Assembly (NCBI GenBank): GCA_046542505.1
Contig: JBKHBH010000019.1
Location: 1-29,629 of the forward strand
Source of the DNA: Thermovirgaceae bacterium
GTDB taxonomy: Bacteria; Synergistota; Synergistia; Synergistales; Thermovirgaceae
Length of the DNA: 29,629 nucleotides
Direction: 5' to 3'
Shown one piece after another: positions 1-6,119 of the stretch. The translations under genes and the position numbers were made by a program. The notes under the pieces were generated by a model. The model did no database searches and was not told where the DNA came from. It was given only the letters and a program-made list of their open reading frames with translations. How positions within the stretch are numbered: position 1 is the stretch's first letter; each line of letters opens with the position of its first letter.

Positions 1-667
1 GCTGGAGAAGATCCTCGTCATTCAGGTGATCCCCGACTGCGACGACTATCCTCTCCCCGCTCGGACGGTTCTCGAGGTACCAGTCAAGGGCCGCCCCCTT
101 CGACACGCCGGGAGGTAGAATGTCAAGGAAGGACTCTCCGGCCATGGTGACCGTCGCCCGGCTGCCGAGCCTGCTTTCTACAATGCGTTTCGCTTCCCTG
201 ATATCTTGCGGCGCACCGTACAGGATCCCCCTGAAATACTCTTCTTCTATATCGGGTGAAACCAGGTCCTGCCGCACTGAAACCCCGATGGCGCGGAAAT
301 ATTCGGCAACCCTGACGTCGGAAGGCCTGCAGCGAATTTCTTCGTCGGAAAAAAGCTGGAACATGACAGGAGCGTCCCAGACTGAGGCCAGCGCCAGGGA
401 AAGGATCTCGCCACCCAGACGGGCCTCCCTGATTGCGGTTCTTCTTTCAAGTTCCATGAGTCGCGCTCCATCATAGACTATGGCCGGGCTCTTTGCACCG
501 ATATGGAAGGTATGAGGGATCGCCGAAGCCAGAATCCTGCCTGTAGCGACATGGATGGACCAGCCCTTTTCTCTGAGCAGGGCACAGCTTTCGGCGACTT
601 GTTCCGGTATGCGGTCCCTGTGTGCCAGCGTCCCATCGATGTCGGTCACAATCATTTTTTCAACCAG
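1..667 (-). CDS. Cof-type HAD-IIB family hydrolase/phosphatase (3' end runs off the window)
   Basis: Not in the ORF track. Manual translation of the N- and C-terminal parts gives (L)VEKMIVTDIDGTL (motif I DxDGTL), HVATGR (motif II), IVYDGA and VAVGDHLNDEDLL (motif IV GDxxND). Start is either CTG at 667 (6 nt after GGAGAGG) or ATG at 655. Confidence 0.9.
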   Translation of the reverse strand, partial: MVEKMIVTDIDGTLAHRDRIPEQVAESCALLREKGWSIHVATGRILASAIPHTFHIGAKSPAIVYDGARLMELERRTAIREARLGGEILSLALASVWDAPVMFQLFSDEEIRCRPSDVRVAEYFRAIGVSVRQDLVSPDIEEEYFRGILYGAPQDIREAKRIVESRLGSRATVTMAGESFLDILPPGVSKGAALDWYLENRPSGERIVVAVGDHLNDEDLLQ

Positions 668-706
668 GTCAATCCTCTCCCCTGTCTTGCGTAATGTCCC
701 GACAAC

Positions 707-733
707 AGTATACCCAGGAAACTTTCCGCGCAA
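707..733 (-). promoter_or_regulatory. Possible sigma70 promoter for the HAD gene
   Basis: TATACT -10 at 712-707. TTGCGC lies upstream but with only a 15-nt spacer, so the -35 is doubtful. Confidence 0.3.
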
Positions 734-748
734 CTTGCGACAGCCTGA

Positions 749-770
749 TTTACGGTCACTTGACCGCAAA
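749..770. promoter_or_regulatory. Operator-like palindrome
   Basis: TTTaCGGTCA-CT-TGACCGcAAA, immediately upstream of a plus-strand TAAAAT (774-779). Confidence 0.4.
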
Positions 771-942
771 AGGTAAAATGCATCCTTGGTACCGGGAGTA
801 GCCATATGATTGATTCCAATAACCGCATTCTTCAAAAGATGGAACGAAGCGGGAAATGTTTCTTTACCTGCTGTTTTCTTATAGGGCTGTCACGTTTCTC
901 CCGGGAAAACACCCCTACACAGCCGATAGGGTAAAATAAAGG

Positions 943-1148
943 GCCCCGCTTTTTTCGGAAGCCCGGTTGTATGAGTCCGTGTTAAAAAATGGGGCTACTC
1001 AAGAGGGTATAACCATTCTTCTTGTGGAGCAAAAGGCCCGGCAGGCGTTGCAGTTTTCCCACAGATGATATGTCTTCCAGACAGTGTCACTTTTAATGGA
1101 AGGCCTTCAAAAAAACTGCTTGAAAACCCTGATGCGGAAGCGGCCGAC
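943..1148 (+). pseudogene. livF: Decayed 3' fragment of a LivF-type branched-chain amino acid ABC transporter ATPase
   Basis: Frame at 1000 reads QEGITILLVEQKARQALQFSHR*YVFQT..LMEG, then after a 1-nt shift PSKKLLENPDAEAA. This matches the LivF tail pattern GxTILLVEQNAxxAL..xDRGYVLxxG....G....LL.NP.V..AYLG. In-frame TGA at 1066-1068 and a frameshift near 1103. Confidence 0.8.
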
Positions 1149-1160
1149 AGTGTCATCAAG

Positions 1161-1200
1161 GGAAAACAGCAAGGAGGGGACGGCCCAAGCCGTCCCCTCC
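1161..1200 (-). terminator. Intrinsic terminator hairpin downstream of skp
   Basis: 12-bp perfect stem GGAGGGGACGGC/GCCGTCCCCTCC (1173-1200) with a 4-nt loop. Minus-strand tail is TTGCTGTTTT. Confidence 0.75.
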
Positions 1201-1237
1201 AAAATCGTTTTCTCGGATCTCTTCTCTCGAAAAAAGG

Positions 1238-1684
1238 TCAATTGAGTGCGTGTTTTTTCTTGAGTTCCTGAATGACATCTTCGGTGATATCCGTTCCTCC
1301 GAAAAAGACCTGCCCCTTGTCGAGAACTATTGTGAAGGACTTTGCCTTGGCTATCGTCCGGATCGCCACATCGACGTCCTTGAAGAGGGGTTCCATGAGT
1401 TTCTGCTCTTCCGTAGCCGCTTCCTGGCGTTTCTTTTCGAAAATCTGCTGTTTCTGCTGGTTGTCGTCCGACTGGTCGATGGCAGATTTTGCTTCCTGCT
1501 GTTTCTTCTCCACCACGGACTTGATCTTTTCCTGGACTCCCTGGAATTTCGGGTGCTGGAAGAGCACCTTCTGGGGGTCGATGACACCGACTTTTTCCTG
1601 CGCAGCAGCGATCCCTGCAAGAACGGCGATGAGGAAAACGCTCATCGCGAAAACAGCTGCGACTCTTCTCGTGTTGATGGTCAT
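1238..1684 (-). CDS. skp: OmpH/Skp family periplasmic outer-membrane-protein chaperone, 148 aa
   Basis: Signal peptide ending AAA-Q, KVGVIDPQKVL motif, coiled-coil middle, C-terminal IVLDK...GGTDITEDVI. RBS AAAGGAGG precedes ATG 1684. Confidence 0.9.
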   Translation of the reverse strand: MTINTRRVAAVFAMSVFLIAVLAGIAAAQEKVGVIDPQKVLFQHPKFQGVQEKIKSVVEKKQQEAKSAIDQSDDNQQKQQIFEKKRQEAATEEQKLMEPLFKDVDVAIRTIAKAKSFTIVLDKGQVFFGGTDITEDVIQELKKKHALN

Positions 1685-1748
1685 AAAAGAACCTCCTTTG
1701 GTGATATTCATGCGCCTTATTGTAGCTTCCACGACTCGTGGCGTCTAG

Positions 1749-1819
1749 GTATAATTACTGAAATTGTGGCCGGACAGGGATAATGTCACCTTTTAAGGGG
1801 ACAAGTATAATTACTGAAA
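1749..1819 (+). repeat. Exact 15-bp direct repeat GTATAATTACTGAAA, two copies
   Basis: Copies at 1749-1763 and 1805-1819 in the divergent skp/DUF3343 intergenic region. Each contains TATAAT. Confidence 0.9.
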
Positions 1820-1880
1820 GGAATGACAATTCAGTTTCAAATTTCTTTCGCCCTGATCCAGGATGATATTGGAGGACCTG

Positions 1881-2114
1881 ATGGATTGCGTCGCCACCTT
1901 CGAGACGACCCATATGGCAATAACTTTCGAAAAAAACTGCAGGAAAGCAGGCTTGCCGGTAAAGATTGTTCCCGTTCCCCGAGAACTGTCGGCAAGTTGC
2001 GGTCTTGCCTGCAGGTTCCCCTGTTCGGACCTGGAATACATCAAAAGGATCTGTAAGGAAAAAAACCTTTCCGTAAGCACTTTCCACACCCTCAAGGTGC
2101 CGGAAACAGACTGA
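1881..2114 (+). CDS. DUF3343 domain protein (putative Se/S-carrier-like), 77 aa
   Basis: ATFETTHMAITFEK...IVPVPRELSASCGLA pattern. GGAGG lies 5 nt before ATG 1881. Confidence 0.85.
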   Translation: MDCVATFETTHMAITFEKNCRKAGLPVKIVPVPRELSASCGLACRFPCSDLEYIKRICKEKNLSVSTFHTLKVPETD

Positions 2115-2124
2115 AAGAATTCTT

Positions 2125-2790
2125 TTATTCCTTCTGCGGCACCCGGGTCCAAACAACGGCTCCCCTGACATCGACTCCGCTTTGACTGATCGCGTCAACA
2201 CACCGTCTCAGGGTCGTTCCCGTTGTGCTGACATCGTCCACGAGCAACGCCCTTTTACCCGACAGGTCGCTCTGTTTCCCCGAAAAGGCAACAGCCCCTT
2301 CGGGCAGGTTTTTCCGTTCCACCGCTGACTTTTCGACCTGCCTCTTTCCCTCTCTTGCCCACTGGAGGACATCCAGCACAGGCAGCTTCCAGATATCAGA
2401 TATTCCCCGGGCTATCTCGAGGGCCTGGTTGTAGGGTCTTTCTGATTTTTTGTGAAGAGGCACAGGAAGGAGAAAATCAATCCCGGCCGGAAAAACAGTT
2501 TTCCTGGCGAGTGCCTGTCCCATTCTCCGCCCCAGTGCCTTTCGCCCCTCGTACTTGAGGCTGTGCACAAGTGCTTTCGCTGTACCCCGATGGATCGCAC
2601 CATACACCAGAAAAGGAACCCCTTTCCCGTGCACGGTGCACGGGAAAGGCCGGAAACAAAAAAGGCAAAGAGGCTCGTCCGTTTCAACTATGGAGTCCAG
2701 GCATTCCGGACAGGCCGCTACGCCAAGCCGGCCGCACACGGGACAACTGATCGGCCAGCAAAGATGCAGAAAGGGCTTCAGAAAAAGCAT
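2125..2790 (-). CDS. comF: ComF family protein (Zn ribbon plus PRTase-like domain)
   Basis: N-terminal CPVC/CPEC/CLFC, PVPLH, RPYNQA, and PRPP-type loop LLVDDVSTTGTT. Confidence 0.88.
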   Translation of the reverse strand: MLFLKPFLHLCWPISCPVCGRLGVAACPECLDSIVETDEPLCLFCFRPFPCTVHGKGVPFLVYGAIHRGTAKALVHSLKYEGRKALGRRMGQALARKTVFPAGIDFLLPVPLHKKSERPYNQALEIARGISDIWKLPVLDVLQWAREGKRQVEKSAVERKNLPEGAVAFSGKQSDLSGKRALLVDDVSTTGTTLRRCVDAISQSGVDVRGAVVWTRVPQKE

Positions 2791-2817
2791 TATACCTTGA
2801 CAGACTTGCAGGTTTGG

Positions 2818-4020
2818 TTAGAAACTCTGGGCCGCTTTTCTCAAGATTTCCGCCCTGTCTATGCGTTCCCAGGAAGGTATCGGGTCGAGGTCGATCCGAC
2901 CCATGTGGCCGTATGCCGCAATCCTCCGATACATGGGTTTCCTCAGTTCGAGATCCCGGATGATCGCCGCAGGCCGAAAATCAAAATACTCCATGACAAG
3001 CTCCGTCAGCCTGCAATCGCCAACGACACCCGTTCCTTGGGTATCGACCATGACCGATACCGGGTGCGCGACTCCGATGGCATAGGCCACCTGTATCTTG
3101 CACTCCTTCGCAAGGCCCGCCGCAACGATATTTTTTGCCGCATACCGTGTCATGTAGGCGGCAGACCTGTCCACTTTCGTCGGATCCTTTCCCGAAAAAC
3201 ATCCCCCTCCATGAGGTACGATTCCGCCGTAGGTATCGACCATGATCTTTCTTCCCGTCAGGCCCGTATCCGCCATGGGACCGCCAAGAACGAAACGGCC
3301 CGTAGGGTTGACAAGGATTCTCGGTGATTTCTCCAGAAGATACTCCGGGAGAGTGGGCTCGATAACGTGCTTCCGCAGATCCGAAAAAATCTGGTCACAT
3401 CCGACGGCAGGGTGATGCTGGGCCGAAACAACGACGGTCTCGATGCCTGCGGCCCGGCCTTCGACATACTCAACGGTAACCTGGGTTTTTCCGTCGGGTC
3501 TGAGATAGGGAAGCGTCTTCTCCTTGCGAACCTGGCTCAGACGCCGGGCAAGACGGTGTGACAACGCTATCGGAAGGGGAAGGAACTCCTCCGTTTCGTC
3601 ACAGGCGTAACCGACCATCATGCCCTGGTCTCCCGCCCCAATACTGTTAATATCTTGCTCCGTCATGTCGCCCTCTCTCAATTCCAGGGCCATGTCCACA
3701 CCTTGCTGTATGTCTGTGGACTGCTCATCGATGGCTGTCAGCACAGCGCAGGTATCACCGTCAAAACCGTACTTCGCCCTGGTGTATCCTATCTCCTTGA
3801 TGATCTCTCGTGTCAGGCGTGGTATATCCACATAACAGGACGTGGTGATCTCGCCTGCAACCATGACGAGGCCCGTGGTCACAAGGGTTTCACAAGCGAC
3901 CCGCCCCATCGGGTCCTGTTCGAGTATCGAGTCCAGAATTCCGTCGGACACCTGGTCGGCAAGCTTGTCTGGGTGTCCTTCCGTAACGGATTCAGATGTA
4001 AGGAGAAACCGGTTTTCCAA
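2818..4020 (-). CDS. metK: S-adenosylmethionine synthetase, 400 aa
   Basis: [45 protein letters not shown] start at 4020 is 8 nt after GGAGGT. Confidence 0.98.
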   Translation of the reverse strand: MENRFLLTSESVTEGHPDKLADQVSDGILDSILEQDPMGRVACETLVTTGLVMVAGEITTSCYVDIPRLTREIIKEIGYTRAKYGFDGDTCAVLTAIDEQSTDIQQGVDMALELREGDMTEQDINSIGAGDQGMMVGYACDETEEFLPLPIALSHRLARRLSQVRKEKTLPYLRPDGKTQVTVEYVEGRAAGIETVVVSAQHHPAVGCDQIFSDLRKHVIEPTLPEYLLEKSPRILVNPTGRFVLGGPMADTGLTGRKIMVDTYGGIVPHGGGCFSGKDPTKVDRSAAYMTRYAAKNIVAAGLAKECKIQVAYAIGVAHPVSVMVDTQGTGVVGDCRLTELVMEYFDFRPAAIIRDLELRKPMYRRIAAYGHMGRIDLDPIPSWERIDRAEILRKAAQSF

Positions 4021-4108
4021 TCCTTCCCACCTCCAGAAAATATGCAACAGCATGAACGCGAAAGCTGGAACACCGCGTGTTTCTGCAGACGATCATGTCA
4101 TTTTTCCT

Positions 4109-4585
4109 TCATGAATATTCTATGGGTTTTCTCAAAAGCATCAGCGTCCCTTCTCTCTGGATGAAACCAAGGCGTTCCAGGAAGGGTACCAGTTCACTGG
4201 TATAGGTGATAATCAGCGGAATATCCCGGACCTGGGGATGGTCCAAAAGATAATGCATCAAAGCCGAGCCAAGCCCTTTCCCCTGGTGATCCGGGTGAAC
4301 CATGATATCCCATATGGATCCCCTGAATACGAAATCGGTCAGGAGCCTGCAAAAAGCCACCATCCTGCCTTCCTTGCGAATGGAAAAGCACATGGATGTC
4401 CCTTCGAGCATGCGTTCTATCTGTTCAAGAGAGCGACTCCGTCCCCATTTCGTAAAACGGTACAGGTCCTGCAGCTCCCGGGCTGCTACGGCATGCTTGC
4501 TGTCATAAAAAAGGTATCCCTGGCCGATTCCGTTGGACCGTTTATTTAATTCCGGCCCGTTGTACCCGTCACCCGCTCTTGGCAA
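4109..4585 (-). CDS. GNAT family N-acetyltransferase (start uncertain)
   Basis: Acetyl-CoA motif A IMVHPDHQGKGLG, plus FCRLLTDFVFRGSIWD and FLERLGF. No ATG start near the 5' end; TTG 4585 follows GGGGGGA. Confidence 0.88.
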   Translation of the reverse strand: MPRAGDGYNGPELNKRSNGIGQGYLFYDSKHAVAARELQDLYRFTKWGRSRSLEQIERMLEGTSMCFSIRKEGRMVAFCRLLTDFVFRGSIWDIMVHPDHQGKGLGSALMHYLLDHPQVRDIPLIITYTSELVPFLERLGFIQREGTLMLLRKPIEYS

Positions 4586-4767
4586 AAGGACATTCCCCCC
4601 ACGATCTTTTGGAGATTGGTCCGACCATCGGAACTCACATTCAATTCAAGGACCTGACTAACCCCGCAGGCCCTGCATGTCCAGCTGACACGGGCGATGC
4701 CATCCGAGTCAGGGGTGCCGGGCAGGATTATTGTTTCGCCGCACATCTGGCAGGCCACGATCAACAT
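4546..4767 (-). CDS. Small hypothetical Zn-ribbon protein, 73 aa
   Basis: CQMC and CRAC pairs. RBS AGGGGGGA precedes ATG. Begins 15 nt after the DUF3084 stop. Confidence 0.75.
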   Translation of the reverse strand: MLIVACQMCGETIILPGTPDSDGIARVSWTCRACGVSQVLELNVSSDGRTNLQKIVGGMSFCQERVTGTTGRN

Positions 4768-4782
4768 GCTATCCCCCCTGTG

Positions 4783-5967
4783 CTATCCGCCCGAAAGAAC
4801 CCGGATTCTGACACGAACAGGTCCTTCCGTATATATGTCTTCCGCTGTTTCAACGAGAACCCGCCGGGGCTCGTCTTTCCCAGCGATTTTCTCTATGGCT
4901 TCAAAGAAATCGGACGCTTCAAGATTGCCCACGGTCCCCCTCAGGGGATCGGGGAGCACACCATCTTCCCTGGCCTTTTTATTTATCTGTCTCAAAACTG
5001 TGTAAAGAAAGTTTTCTGCTTCTGCATCCTCCAAATCCGATGGCAAAGTCTTATCGGCGAGAATCGTACCTTCCGGATATACAAGCTTCGAGGGGTAGTC
5101 GGAAATCTCGACATATACTGGTTCCCCGGCAATGGCATTTTCGGAAGCTATCAGTCGGAGGAGGACTCGTTCTTCCGAATCTCTGCTTTTTTGCAACCTC
5201 TCTTTTATGAAGCCCTCATCTTCGAGAATGATCTTTACCAAGTCGCTTTGTGTCCCCATACGAAGTGCAACGGTCTGCCGCGCATTGGCGATGAGGGTCT
5301 CCTGCAGTGTTTCAACGGAAAGGTCGCTTTCTTCCGGCACGATAACAGTTTGTGCCATCAGTTCACCGGCAAAGACGACGATCTTTCCGGCGCGTAACTC
5401 CTCCAGCCCTTCCTTTAGGAGTTTGGCATCAGATCTTAATTGTTCTATCTGCCGGTTCAACCTCGAACGCTCCTCCCGGAGTTCTTCGAGCTCCTGTTGC
5501 GTCAGCTTCTGTTCCTGCCTTGTCTGCTCAAGCTCCCGTTCCACCTGGGCAAGGCGCTCTTCCCGGCCTTCCAGTTCACTCTGTACTTCCGACAGCTGTG
5601 TCTGCTTTTCGATAAGTGACGACTGGCTCTCGGCAAGCCTCTGTTCCATGGAGTCGAGTTCGGAGCGGTTCTCCTGCAGCTGCGACGTCAAATCCCGTAT
5701 CTGGCTTTGTACGATTTTCATGCTGAATATAGCTGTGCGAACCGTCTCTGAGGTCATTGCGAGGGCCCCCAGAGTGAACAGCATAATAAGGATGCCCGTT
5801 ACCACCGTGACAAGGGACGATGTGTATCTCGGACGCAAACCAAAAAGGCTGACGCGCTTTTTGCCGATGCGCATCCCTACGATGTCCCCTATAAAGGAAA
5901 CGACGGCACTGACGACCAAAAGCATGATCACCAGAGTCCAGTTCAGTTCAGGCAAGCTGGAGAGCAC
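4783..5967 (-). CDS. DUF3084 domain protein (two TM helices plus coiled coil)
   Basis: N-terminal GDIVGMRIGKKRVSLFGLRPRYTS signature, two hydrophobic helices, long coiled coil. GTG start. Confidence 0.85.
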   Translation of the reverse strand: MLSSLPELNWTLVIMLLVVSAVVSFIGDIVGMRIGKKRVSLFGLRPRYTSSLVTVVTGILIMLFTLGALAMTSETVRTAIFSMKIVQSQIRDLTSQLQENRSELDSMEQRLAESQSSLIEKQTQLSEVQSELEGREERLAQVERELEQTRQEQKLTQQELEELREERSRLNRQIEQLRSDAKLLKEGLEELRAGKIVVFAGELMAQTVIVPEESDLSVETLQETLIANARQTVALRMGTQSDLVKIILEDEGFIKERLQKSRDSEERVLLRLIASENAIAGEPVYVEISDYPSKLVYPEGTILADKTLPSDLEDAEAENFLYTVLRQINKKAREDGVLPDPLRGTVGNLEASDFFEAIEKIAGKDEPRRVLVETAEDIYTEGPVRVRIRVLSGG

Positions 5968-6051
5968 TTCCTCAAGACCCCCTCATTATCCGCAACAACG
6001 TTAGCACAAAGGTGAATCCAACGCATCATTCCCGGCAGGAAGACAAGAGTT

Positions 6052-6095
6052 CAGGGGGAGCGGAGTCCCGCTCCCCCTGCCGTTTTTCTTTTTTT
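6052..6095. terminator. Strong GC hairpin downstream of lat; T-tract lies on the plus strand
   Basis: CAGGGGGAGCGG-AGTC-CCGCTCCCCCTG (6052-6079), then TTTTTCTTTTTTT (6083-6095). Confidence 0.7.
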
Positions 6096-6119
6096 CGCTT
6101 CCTATATCTCCAGGAATTT

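Noticed and set aside
1066..1068. In-frame TGA as selenocysteine or recoding, given nearby DUF3343
   Set aside because: The position corresponds to Gly, not Cys, and the fragment also has a frameshift and lacks its 5' part. The real genes here use TGA as stop.
1080..1155. 10-bp direct repeat GACAGTGTCA (1080-1089 and 1146-1155)
   Set aside because: Only two short copies, and the enclosed DNA is livF-like coding remnant rather than an insert, so it is not a convincing target-site duplication.
1065..1271. 68-aa ORF-track call
   Set aside because: No RBS. It is partly the shifted frame of the livF remnant and runs through the terminator into skp.
1749..1819. Mini-CRISPR reading of the 15-bp repeat with a 41-bp spacer
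   Set aside because: The repeat is too short, there are only two copies, and no cas genes are present.
5400..5700. Repetitive Q/E/L/R-rich stretch in DUF3084
   Set aside because: Coiled-coil heptads at protein level, not a DNA repeat.
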